Translations under genes and position numbers: made by a program
Assembly (NCBI GenBank): GCA_012031655.1
Contig: JAAUUD010000002.1
Span: 1 to 40,696, forward strand
Source of the DNA: Anaerolineae bacterium
GTDB taxonomy: Bacteria; Chloroflexota; Anaerolineae; Aggregatilineales; J027
Length of the DNA stretch: 40,696 bases
Direction: 5' to 3'
The notes under the pieces: model-generated
The model's database searches: none
Told to the model about the DNA's origin: nothing
Seen by the model: only the letters and a program-made list of their open reading frames with translations
Shown here: positions 17,726 through 26,987 of the stretch, in pieces
Numbering within the stretch: the first letter of the stretch is position 1
Layout: each line of letters opens with the position of its first letter

Positions 17726-19099
17726 TTATGCCGTTTTAGCGGGTTCCTCGGGGCTGTGATTGACGGCAGGTTGGTTGAGGTTGCCTGGCAAATTCTGGAT
17801 GGCCTTCAGGATGTCCAACCCAGTGAGGGCCTCCAGAGTCGCGGGGACCTGCGCCACGATGTTGCTGACATCGGCGGCCACTTTCGAGGCCCCGGTGCCG
17901 GTGCCGTTCTCGCCGTTGGAAATCACCACGATGCGCTCGGTCTGGGCCAGCGGCTTGGCGATTTGCGCCACGATCTCCGGCAGCGCCACGATGAGTTGCT
18001 CGATGAGGGCGGCCTGGCTGTAGTTTTGCCAGGCTTCGGCTTTCTGTTGCATGGCGTCGGCGGTGGCCAAGCCCTGCGCCTTGATGACTTCCGCTTCTGC
18101 GAGGCCCTGAGCGCGTTCTGCTTCGGCCTGGCCCTGGGCTTCGGCTTCGATCTCATAGCGGCGGGCATCGGCAATGCGCTGGATGCGGAATTGTTCGGCT
18201 TCGGCGGGGCGGCGAACCGTGGCGTTGAGTTCCTGTTCCTTACGCAGGGTTTCTTGCTCCTGCACTTCGATCTGCTTGCGCTTTTCCACCACCTCGATTT
18301 CCACTTCCTGCTCGCGCACCTTTTGGCGGGTGATGGCTTCTTGCAGGCTATAGGCCAGGTCCGCATCGGCGCGCACGCGCTTCACTTCGGCGTCGTATCC
18401 CGCCTGCTTGATGCCAAAGTCGCGTCGGGCTTCTTCTTCGCGGGTCTGGGCTAGTTGCTCGGCAATCACCGCATCGCGCTTGACTTCCGCAATGCGTGGG
18501 CGGCCCAGGGCTTCCAGGTAGCCTTCTTTGTCCCGAATATCCTTGATCACGAAGCTATCGATGCCCAGGCCCATATTGGCCAGGTCCGTCGCAGAAACAT
18601 CCGCGACTTCCTGAGCGAACTTATCGCGCTCGCGGTAGATTTCTTCCACGGTGAGCGTGCCACAGATGGCGCGCAGGTGCCCGGCGAGGGTTTCGTGGGC
18701 GATATTGATGATCTCAGCGCGTTGCTTGCTCAGAAAGCGCTCGGCGGCGGTGCGAATGCTGACGTTATCGCTGGCGATTTTGATCTGAGCGACACCTTCC
18801 AGCGAGACAGGCACGCCCTGGATGGTGTACACATTGTCCACTGCGACCTCAATGGTCATGATCTCCAGCGAAAGCCAGTCCACGCGCTCCAGAAAGGGGT
18901 ACACAAAGGCGCGTCCGCCTTTGACGATGCGGTAGCTGAGCACCTCGCCGGTTTGTGGGTCTTTATGCTCGCGCCCAGAGATGACCATCACCTGGTTTGG
19001 CCCGACTTTGTATAGGCGGGACAGGTAGACGATGGTGCCCACCAGCATAACAAAAATCAACAACCCAAAGACCACAATAACGCCAAATGCGATGCCCAT
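17726..19099 (-). CDS. Flotillin-like SPFH/Band-7 family protein
   Basis: Intact 457-aa ORF with an N-terminal TM segment and an SPFH core (YKVGPNQVMVISGR...VYTIQGVPVSLEGVAQIKI). A long Ala/Glu-rich coiled-coil flotillin region follows (EAEAQGQAEAERAQGLAEAEVIKAQGLA). Confidence 0.85.
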   Translation of the reverse strand: MGIAFGVIVVFGLLIFVMLVGTIVYLSRLYKVGPNQVMVISGREHKDPQTGEVLSYRIVKGGRAFVYPFLERVDWLSLEIMTIEVAVDNVYTIQGVPVSLEGVAQIKIASDNVSIRTAAERFLSKQRAEIINIAHETLAGHLRAICGTLTVEEIYRERDKFAQEVADVSATDLANMGLGIDSFVIKDIRDKEGYLEALGRPRIAEVKRDAVIAEQLAQTREEEARRDFGIKQAGYDAEVKRVRADADLAYSLQEAITRQKVREQEVEIEVVEKRKQIEVQEQETLRKEQELNATVRRPAEAEQFRIQRIADARRYEIEAEAQGQAEAERAQGLAEAEVIKAQGLATADAMQQKAEAWQNYSQAALIEQLIVALPEIVAQIAKPLAQTERIVVISNGENGTGTGASKVAADVSNIVAQVPATLEALTGLDILKAIQNLPGNLNQPAVNHSPEEPAKTA

Positions 19100-19153
19100 C
19101 TTTTGTTGCTCCCCTTGCTCTTTTTAGATTGTTAGTTGCATAGGACCAGGCCC

Positions 19154-19704
19154 TTAGATTTCATCATCCCCAACCAGGGGCTCGACGTGGGCCACACTGC
19201 CAATAAACTTCACAATGCGGACGGATTGCCGCGCGGGATGCTCTCGCCGTGTTTGGCGGCGCGCGCGCTATAGGTCACACGGCTACCTTTGGTGACTAGC
19301 AAAACCTGCCCCACACCATTTGGCGGGATGGGCGTGCTGATCTCTGCGATCTTCCCGATGAGGCTTTCCTGGCGGACTTCCGATGAGTTGGTGCGCGAGA
19401 GGACGGTCACAAACAGGATTTGCCCCACCACGCCAATGATGATGCCTAGCACGCTGGCTGCGGCCAGGCTTTCAATAGCCTCGGCGCCACCTTGCTGGCT
19501 CATGAGGCCGCCCGCGCCAAAGGCGGCCACAAACCAGGAAAGCGCCAACATGCTCAGGCTGCTGTCGCCGCCAATATCAATCCCCAGATCAATATGGAAG
19601 ATATCCAGGGCGCCATCCACCCCCTGAGCAAATACCTGGAAGGCGGCGTACAAAAGCCCAACGCCCAGTGCCGCCCCATAGATGATGGTTAATAATCCCT
19701 CCAT
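19154..19704 (-). CDS. NfeD-family membrane protein (flotillin partner); frame broken near 19229
   Basis: TM helices are followed by an OB-like tail (GKIAEISTPIPPNGVGQVLLVTKGSRVTYSARA). A 1-nt fix gives ...ESIPRG-QSVRIVKFIGSVAHVEPLVGDDEI, ending at the stop at 19154-19156. Confidence 0.75.
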
Positions 19705-19848
19705 CCGTTTGTTCCTCGCTCAGTTGCCCTTATACTCAGCCTAATGGCATGCAGGTGCGCCGCCAAACCCCAAAAAACGGGGGCTACGCCCAGTGTACTC
19801 TAGCCTATCGAAAGCTACAATCACGGCAGGCTTTGTTATACTCAGGAA

Positions 19849-20817
19849 GTGCAACCAACAGAAAAAAAGGGAATGCCGGTGCTCATTGGGACGAACTTCC
19901 CGACCAGTGCGGAATATTCGGCCCGGGTTCGGGCCTGGTCCGAAGCTGAACCCGGGCCGATGGCAGCCTGGCGTGCGGCTGAACTGGATTATATTGAATT
20001 GGCAGTCAAGCAGCGTGCCTTCAACTGGCAAGTGCTGGAGCGCGATGTGGAAACCCTGCACGCTAACCAGCTCGGGGTGCGGTTACATCCTTACTTCAAC
20101 CCGGCTGGCTTTGGGACTTCTCTCGAATCCAGTGCACTCCGTAGCGATATCCTGCGCCTGCTGCAAATCGCCCGCGACATCGCCCAGCACGAAGGCCGCC
20201 CGGCGGTGATCAACTTTCACGCGGCTTCGGGCACCACCGCCACCGCCCGCCAAGACCTGCGCACCCAGAGCCACGATTTTTATGACTGGTTGCTCGGGGT
20301 GACGCCCACCTACAGCAGCGAGATTATCATCACGACAGAGTTTCAGTTGCCGCCCAAACCGGGCGAGAACATCCTGCGGATTGGCGATTCGTTCGAGGAG
20401 TTGCAGGTGATCAAGGCGGCTTTGGCCCACAAGCATTTCGGGTTTTGCTGGGATATGGGCCACGCCACCATGCGCCAGCTCTTTTACCAGGCCAACCCGC
20501 TCCCCGCCACCCCTTTTTTACGAGAGGTTAAGCACGTCCATATTCATGATGTGGACTTTGCCAGCCGCAACGATCATCGGCTGATTGGCACGGGGAGCGC
20601 GCCGCTCAAGCAGTGTGTGCAAGCGCTGGTGCGGGCAGGCTACGCCGGCGGCTATACGATGGAGTATCATGCCGAAGAAATGATTGCAGCGGACTATGGC
20701 GATAAACTGCGCCGCTCGCGGGCGGCGTTGCTGGTGCTGGCCGGGCGGGCTGGCAAAACGCAGCCTTTGCAGGCGCCCTCTGGCCTTCTGAAAGCGCAAG
20801 AAGAGGAACAAGGATAG
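19849..20817 (+). CDS. Sugar phosphate isomerase/epimerase (xylose isomerase-like TIM barrel) family protein
   Basis: Family motifs FGFCWDMGHA and HVHIHDV...DHRLIGTGSAP...GYAGGYTMEY are present. The start is uncertain: GTG 19849 or ATG 19873. Confidence 0.7.
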   Translation: MQPTEKKGMPVLIGTNFPTSAEYSARVRAWSEAEPGPMAAWRAAELDYIELAVKQRAFNWQVLERDVETLHANQLGVRLHPYFNPAGFGTSLESSALRSDILRLLQIARDIAQHEGRPAVINFHAASGTTATARQDLRTQSHDFYDWLLGVTPTYSSEIIITTEFQLPPKPGENILRIGDSFEELQVIKAALAHKHFGFCWDMGHATMRQLFYQANPLPATPFLREVKHVHIHDVDFASRNDHRLIGTGSAPLKQCVQALVRAGYAGGYTMEYHAEEMIAADYGDKLRRSRAALLVLAGRAGKTQPLQAPSGLLKAQEEEQG

Positions 20818-20824
20818 AGCAGTG

Positions 20825-21807
20825 ATGCGTAAGGTCTGGATTTTGGGGGGTTCTAGGGGGGCTCCTGACGAGCATTTTGCTCACGGGTGCTGGGGTGGCA
20901 TGGATGCAAAGCCCAACGCCCACCCCGTTGATCAGTTTTCCACAGGTAACGCAAACGCCGCAAGCAACGCTCCGCGCCAGCCTGACCCCAACCCCCGTTG
21001 CCCCCCGATCCGCCAGGCTGTTTGCGGCCACCAGAAGACTATACACGGGTTGAAGTTCGTGGGGTAGCCCTCAATACCCGCACGATTGCGATGCTACAGC
21101 ACGCGCAGACGCTGTATGGAGGCTCCATCGACATGACCAACCAGGGCATCACACAGGGGTCGTATAACGCGGGTGGGGTGGCGCTGAGCTTTGGCACGCA
21201 TGATGGCGGTGGCGCGGTAGATATTTCTGTGCGTGACCTGCCGCATAGCTGGGACATCCGCTGGGAGGACATCCCGCGCATGATTGATGCGCTACGGCGG
21301 GCAGGCTTTGCGGCCTACTATCGGGATGAGGCGGATGGAATGTCGCCCCATATCCACGCGATCGCGGTGGGCGATGCTGACCTTTCCCGTGCCGCTGCTT
21401 TGCAGCTCACCGGGCGCTATGGCTACTTTCGGGGTTTTGATGCCCTCCCTCAACCAGATGGCGTGCCCCAACCAGACGATAGCGGCGAGTTGATCCTCTG
21501 TAACTGGATGCGCGAACTGGGCTATGAAGACCTGCGCGAGGCCGTGACGCTCTATACGCCCCCCTACGAGTTCATCGTGGGGGAGCTGTATCAGATCAAC
21601 ATGACCTGGGGGCAGGAGCTGAACATGCGTAGCGGGCCAGGGCTGGCTTTTCCGGTGGTGCACCGCCTGCCGCACGAGATCGAAGTGACCATGGTGGATG
21701 GCCCGCGCCGCTCGGATGGCTTTACCTGGTGGTTGGTGCGCCTGACCGATGGCACGCTGGGCTGGTCTGTGGATGCGATTGATGGCGCGCTAACGATTGT
21801 GCGCTAG
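20825..21807 (+). CDS. M15/LAS-family zinc peptidase (cell-wall hydrolase-like) with an N-terminal anchor and a C-terminal SH3b domain; frame broken near 20834 and at C6 21001-21006
   Basis: The reconstructed N-terminus is MRK-SGFWGVLGGLLTSILLTGAGVAWM...TPTPVAP-DPPG.... The LAS signature is SFGTHDGGGAVD (H-x6-D) plus SPHIHAI (HxH). The SH3b tail reads GELYQINMTWGQELNMRSGPG...WWLVRLTDGTLGWSV. Confidence 0.7.
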
Positions 21808-22290
21808 CTGCCAGGTGTGGGCGTGGGGCAGGTCAGCAGGCTGGTTGCCAGGGCGTCCAGCGGCACCCAGCCATTGAGGAAAGGTTGGTCGATGACTTGC
21901 ACATGAACCCAGTAGCCATCGGCATCAAAGCCGACCAGCGCGCCGCCTTCGCCCTGCGGGACGGTGGTCACAGCAGTGCAACGTTCCAGCGCGAGTTCGG
22001 GATTTTCCAACGTAGCGCTGGCTGCCACCGAGAGGTTAAGCGCTCGGCGGGTGATGAAGCGGTCGCCAGGGGCCAGGTGTTCGCCGCTGCCCGCCAGCGT
22101 AGGCAGGGGAATGGCCGTGGGTTCGGCGAGCGTGGTATCTTCCTGGCCCCGTGTGGCCAGGGCAACCAGCAACGCAATCCCCAGCAACAAAGCCCCGACC
22201 AACGCCCCCCCCGACCAGAAAAGCCGGCGGAACGCCCATGCTGCTGCGCTGAGGCTTGATCTTGCGAGGGCCGGTTGGGACAGTGGACAT
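21804..22290 (-). CDS. Hypothetical membrane-anchored protein with an SH3b-like C-terminus; frame broken at C8 22205-22212
   Basis: The ATG at 22290 follows a GAGGAAA RBS. MSTVPTGPRKIKPQRSSMGVPPAFLVGGG joins ALVGALLLGIALLVALAT across the 8-nt homopolymer. The C-terminus reads ...DADGYWVHVQVIDQPFLNGWVPLDAL. Confidence 0.55.
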
Positions 22291-22324
22291 CGCGTGTTTC
22301 CTCATTATTTTAGTGTGGCGCCAG

Positions 22325-22353
22325 ATTATAGCGATCCCCCAGGACCTGATCAA
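22325..22353 (-). promoter_or_regulatory. Putative sigma-70-type promoter for the 21804..22290 gene
   Basis: On the minus strand the sequence reads TTGATC, 17 nt, TATAAT. The -10 element ends about 35 nt upstream of the ATG at 22290. Confidence 0.5.
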
Positions 22354-22384
22354 AAAAAAGCGAGTAAAAAAACTCGCTTTTTTT
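22352..22384. terminator. Bidirectional intrinsic terminator downstream of tRNA-Pro
   Basis: The structure is A8, GCGAGT, A6 loop, ACTCGC, T7. A perfect 6-bp stem is flanked by A and T tracts, immediately 3' of the minus-strand tRNA. Confidence 0.7.
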
Positions 22385-22387
22385 GAG

Positions 22388-22462
22388 TCGGGGCACCCGG
22401 ATTTGAACCGGGGACCTCTTGCACCCCATGCAAGCACGCTAGCCAAACTGCGCCATGCCCCG
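22388..22462 (-). tRNA. tRNA-Pro (anticodon GGG)
   Basis: The 75-nt reverse complement CGGGGCATGGCGCAGTTTGGCTAGCGTGCTTGCATGGGGTGCAAGAGGTCCCCGGTTCAAATCCGGGTGCCCCGA folds as a cloverleaf. The acceptor stem is CGGGGCA/TGCCCCG, the anticodon stem CTTGC/GCAAG with loop AT-GGG-GT, and the T-arm CCCGG-TTCAAAT-CCGGG. CCA is not encoded. Confidence 0.9.
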
Positions 22463-22514
22463 TTGGTTGTTAAAGGGCAGTATAGCAGCGGCCCGGCGGC
22501 TTGACAAGGTGCAT

Positions 22515-24549
22515 TTAGTCCCGTGGGATCACCACGAGTTCCAGGGTATCGCCATTGGCCGCCTCACGAACCAGCATTTCGTAGAAGCGCCCGCTGGCCA
22601 GGCTAAATGGGGCGTCAAACAGCGCTAGGTTCTGGCGTGATTCCAGCGCACGCAGCACAAAATCCCCCGCGAAAAGGTCCACGGTGATGCTCTCACCGTA
22701 GTCCAGCGCGCTCCCTAAACGTTCAAAGCTGGTGGGATCAACGTCATCTGTGCCGGGGTCTGGATAGTAGACATAGGCGATGGTGGGGATGCGCTGAACT
22801 GCGTTGATAAAGCGCACGCGAGCTCCGGCAGAGATTTCGACAAAGCCGGGATCATCCTGTCGGACGAAGGTCAGGTCTTCTGCGCTGCCCAGGGCCACAA
22901 AAGTCAGGCCGCGATCGTCCAGGGGAGTAACAACCGTTTCTGCAAGCACCTGCCGTTCGGCATTGCTGAGCGTAAGCGTGCTTTCGAAGTTGGCCGCAAT
23001 CGGAACCCCGCTGCTCAGGCTATCGGCGGGAACGCCGCGCAGCACCACCTCGCCATTGATAGCCAGGGTGAGTGGCGTGCCATCGCTCAGGGCGTTGAGC
23101 AAGCGGAGCTGGACCAGCGTATCTGGTTGGGGGGCGCTGGCCTGGATGCTCTGAACCTGAAGGTCGCTGGTGTAGCGCAAAAAGTCGTCCGGCTCGGGGC
23201 CGGTGGCGACGATGGTATAGGCCAGGCCTGCTTCGATGAGCAAGTTAGGCAGAACGGCGGCCAGGTTTTCGCTGGCTCCCAATTGGTTGATCAGGCGCAG
23301 TTCAACCAGGCCCGCTTCTACTTCCGTTCCCCCAAAAAGCGTGCCGTAGCGGAGCGTGGGGCGTTCCCCTTCTCGCAGGTTGCCAGGGGCGACCAGACCC
23401 GGGAGTTCCAGCATCAGTTGGTCTTCGTCTGCGATCACATGCACCAGGTTGAGCCGTGCCAGGTTGGGTTCAATCGGCGTGGTATTGATGGGCACCTGTG
23501 CGAGCTGCGGTGCGCTGGCCAGCCCAAAGAGTACCCCATCCAGGCGGCCATTTTCGGGTAGTGTGAGTTCGCGCTGACCAAGTTGTGTGCCGGCTTCGTC
23601 CTGAATGGTGAGGGTGGCGCGCCCTGCCGAGAGCACCACGACCTCGCTGGCTTCTCCGAAAGCCAATTGCCCGGCAAAGCGCGCGTTAATGGCCAGGCTT
23701 AGCGGGCCTGCATCCGGGATGGCATGGATCAAGCGCAGGCTGGTGACGGCTTCGGAGCGCTGGCTGAAGCTGATCAGCTCGTAGCGGTCGCTCGCCACGT
23801 CGCCCAGCAGCAGGGCGGTATAGACCCGGCCCGCCTGGAGCTCTAGCGGGGCCACCAGCAGATCGCGCACGCCGCTGTCAAAGCGCAGCTGCACCGTCCC
23901 GGCGGGGAGTTCATAAGGGCCCTGGCGTTGGCCGTAGCTCAGCGCTTCTGCGAGTGGGGCGTCATCCGCAAAGACATTGATCCCGGGGCCGCGTGGCACG
24001 GCATGGATGATGGAGAGGCGCGCCTGATTGGGCCGCAAGGGAGAGAGGTCCACTGGGTAGGGCTCAATGAGCAGATTTTCCGCATCCCCATATAAGTAAA
24101 GGATGATTTCTTCATCTGGGAGAAGGGTGATGTTTTCAGAAAAGAGGCGTGTTTCTGTTTCGTTGCGGCTGCCGCTGGGCACCACTTCCAGGCGCGATTG
24201 GCCGCCTGGAACTTCCACCGGCTGGCTGGAGTAGTTGCCAGGCTGAAAACGCGAAGCCACCACGCGGCCATTCAGATAAATATCCACGCGTTCAAGCGCA
24301 TTATTGGCCAACACCACCCGCACCTGCGATGGAGGTTGCAGGCTGAGCGGATCCATCGTGGCGACGACCTGCGTTGGAAAAGTGGTGGGGGCTGGGGCGC
24401 AGGGGTGGGGAACGGGGCGTGCTGGTCGGGAGCACCACGCCCACCTGCTCTGGCGTGAAGGTTGGTAGTGGGTCGTCCTCGGTGACGTCGCAACCCGCCA
24501 GCAGCAGGCCAAAAGCCAACAGGCCGAGGATCAGTAGGTTTCGCAGCAT
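22515..24549 (-). CDS. Lipoprotein with repeated DUF4397-like domains; frame broken near G4 24424-24427
   Basis: The signal peptide with lipobox MLRNLLILGLLAFGLLLAGC (ORF 24301..24549) joins the 665-aa ORF as ...VVLPTSTP-PVPHPCAPAPTTFPTQVVATMDP.... Repeated units follow, such as VRVVLANNALERVDIYLNG..., LRLIHAIPDAGPLSLAINA... and VRFINAVQRIPTIAYVY. Confidence 0.65.
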
Positions 24550-24642
24550 GCGCAGTCCTCCTCATGGGAACGGCTGCCAGGCAGGCAGCGTGGCACTTTC
24601 TATCATACTGCGTTCGGTGGATTGTTGAAAAAATTGCGGGCA

Positions 24643-25575
24643 TCACGGCGCGAGCAAGGCCGTGGTATAGAAGGCCACCAACCGCTGCTGGTATTCGTCC
24701 GGACGCGCATTCCAGGTGCTACCATGCCCAGCCTCCGGGATTTCCCACAGCGTTTTGGGCTGTCCAGCTTCGGCAAAGTAGACACGTTGGGAACGTCGTT
24801 CGTAGCCATCCTGTGTGCCGGAGATCAAAAGGAGGGGGCGGGGGCTGATGGCGGCGGCGCTGCTGCGGGTGCTCACTGGGATGGGGGTGTCGTTCCAGAC
24901 GGTAGAGAACAGGTCGATGATGAACATGTTTGGGTAAATCACCAGGTTATCGAGGCCACCCTGGGCGTAGATGTCCCGGCTATTGGTGGCGCTGGCGCCA
25001 TCCGCGACCACTGCCTGAATACGCTCATCCTGGGCAGCGGCCCGCAGGGCAATCTGCCCGCCAATCGAAAAACCATAAATGCCGAGGCGCCCGGCCTCGA
25101 TGTCTGGTTGGGCCAGCGCAAAATCCACGGCAGGCGGTACATCGCGCACATCCAGCCACCCCCAGGAGCGCTGGTCGCCTTCGCTTTGCCCGCTAGCGCG
25201 TTGGTCATAGGCCAACACCCCGAAACCCGCCTCGGTCAGCATCCGAAGCACGGGCGCTTGGCCTAAGCGGTTGCTCCCATAGCCGTGCAAGACAATCACC
25301 CCCGCGCCATTCTGCGAGGGGAGATACCACCCGCGCAGGGTGTGGCCGTCGCCCCCTTCAAAAGCAATTTCTTCGTAGGCAAAGCCCCAGTCGGCTGGGG
25401 TTTCGCAGCAAATTTCCGAGGGCGCAGGCCGCGAGAGGGTGTATAGGTAAAGGTTATTCAGGCCGCCGCAGGCCAGGAGGATGAAGCTGGCCAACGCAAA
25501 CACGCCCCGGCGCAGCCATCTTCGGCGCGGGCCAGGGCGTGGCTTTGAGGTGAGTTCGGATGGTGGACTGTCCAT
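24643..25575 (-). CDS. Alpha/beta hydrolase (dienelactone hydrolase / S9-like) with an N-terminal TM anchor
   Basis: Motifs include VIVLHGYGSN, the nucleophile elbow GFSIGG and a C-terminal HGS. The ATG at 25575 follows GAGGGG/AGGAG; the longer start at 25638 would overlap the upstream gene. Confidence 0.75.
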   Translation of the reverse strand: MDSPPSELTSKPRPGPRRRWLRRGVFALASFILLACGGLNNLYLYTLSRPAPSEICCETPADWGFAYEEIAFEGGDGHTLRGWYLPSQNGAGVIVLHGYGSNRLGQAPVLRMLTEAGFGVLAYDQRASGQSEGDQRSWGWLDVRDVPPAVDFALAQPDIEAGRLGIYGFSIGGQIALRAAAQDERIQAVVADGASATNSRDIYAQGGLDNLVIYPNMFIIDLFSTVWNDTPIPVSTRSSAAAISPRPLLLISGTQDGYERRSQRVYFAEAGQPKTLWEIPEAGHGSTWNARPDEYQQRLVAFYTTALLAP

Positions 25576-25606
25576 TGGCCCCTCACGGCTCCTGATCGGT
25601 GGTGGC

Positions 25607-25918
25607 TTAGAACAGGCCCCACTCCGCAGCAGCGCCATCTTCCATCATGCTGGGGTCCCACATTTCCATCCCCATCTCGATGGTAGTGGGGACACCTGCG
25701 GCTTCCTGCCCGGTACGGCGCATTTGCTCCATGAGCTGCGGCGCATAGGGGCAGAACGGCGTGGTCATAATGACGACCATGTGCAGGCTATCTTCGGCGA
25801 GGTCCAGCAGGCGCACCAGGCCCAGCTCCACCACATTCATGCCAATTTCCGGGTCCACCACATGGCGCAACGCGTTCATGATTTCGTCGTGCTTGCTGAG
25901 GGCGGGGGTATCCGTCAT
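25607..25918 (-). CDS. DUF59/MIP18-family Fe-S assembly protein (SufT-like)
   Basis: The 103-aa ORF carries IMNALRHVVDPEIGMNVVELGLV and TTPFCP motifs. It is transcribed divergently from sufC. Confidence 0.8.
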   Translation of the reverse strand: MTDTPALSKHDEIMNALRHVVDPEIGMNVVELGLVRLLDLAEDSLHMVVIMTTPFCPYAPQLMEQMRRTGQEAAGVPTTIEMGMEMWDPSMMEDGAAAEWGLF

Positions 25919-26035
25919 TGTTCATTAACTCCTCATCCCGGCGCGCAAAGGCGCGGGCTATAATCCGCTTACCTGCGATGCTACCACGCCGTGCGTAGGG
26001 CGTCAATCAGAATAAAAAAGATTTGTATCTGTTTT

Positions 26036-26064
26036 ATTGACGCAACCTGGCCTGCGTGCTACAA
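26036..26064 (+). promoter_or_regulatory. Putative sigma-70-type promoter of sufCBD
   Basis: TTGACG (26036-26041) is followed by 17 nt and then TACAAT (26059-26064), which is preceded by TGc (extended -10). The element sits about 80 nt upstream of the sufC ATG in an AT-richer spacer. Confidence 0.55.
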
Positions 26065-26143
26065 TCGCTAGGACTAAGAAAACATCGTAGCGCTGGTTTC
26101 AGCAATCTGTGATTAACCAAGTTCAGAAGGATCGCGCACAACC

Positions 26144-26930
26144 ATGAGTGCTGTACTCGAAATTCGCAATTTACATGTGGAGATCAACGGCAGCCCCATC
26201 CTGAAGGGCGTCAACTTGATCATGAAGCAGGGTGAAGTGCACGCCCTGATGGGGCCAAACGGCTCTGGCAAAAGCACCCTGCCTACGCGCTAACAGGCCA
26301 CCCCGCCTACGAAGTCACCGGTGGGGAAGTGATTCTGGATGGCGTGAACCTGCTGGAACTGGAGGCTGACGAACGGAGCCGCATGGGGTTGTTTCTGGCC
26401 TTCCAATATCCGGTGGCTGTGCCTGGGGTAACGGTGGCCAACTTCCTGCGGCACGCCATCAATGCCCGCCTGAAAGCCCAGAGTGAGGACCCCGATTTTG
26501 AGGGGATGAGCATCCCTGAGTTTAGCCGGATGCTGCGTGGCAAGATGGATACGCTGGGCATTGATCATAATTCGGTGGGCGCTACATCAATGATGGCTTT
26601 TCGGGTGGCGAGAAGAAGCGTAACGAGATTTTGCAGCTTGCTGTGCTGGAACCGCGCTTTGCCATCCTGGATGAAACGGATTCTGGCCTGGATATCGATG
26701 CGCTCCGCATCGTGGCAGAAGGCATTAACAAGCTCAAGGGGCCGGGCCTGGGGTCGTTAGTGATCACACATTACAAGCGGATGCTGGATTACCTGCAACC
26801 GGAGTTTGTACACCTGATCATGGATGGGTGCATCGTGGAAAGCGGTGGGCCGGAACTGGCCCAGAAGATCGAAGATGCCGGTTACCTCCCCTATTTTGAA
26901 AAGTACGGGCTGGAAGCAACCGAAGAATAG
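26144..26930 (+). CDS. sufC: Fe-S cluster assembly ATPase SufC; frame broken near 26280 and 26578
   Basis: [46 protein letters not shown] joins [21 protein letters not shown]...GIDHNSVG, which joins [42 protein letters not shown]...VITHY. Walker A, the ABC signature and Walker B are all present. Confidence 0.9.
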
Positions 26931-26987
26931 GGCGGGTGCCGTCCTATCCCAGAATATCAACCAAGATTGCGTTAAGGAGCGGCAGCC

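Noticed and set aside
20825-21807. M15 peptidase with SH3b as a phage endolysin or prophage remnant.
   Set aside because: No holin, capsid, terminase, integrase or att-like repeats lie nearby. The adjacent tRNA-Pro shows no flanking direct repeat of its 3' end. The protein has an N-terminal membrane anchor typical of housekeeping wall hydrolases.
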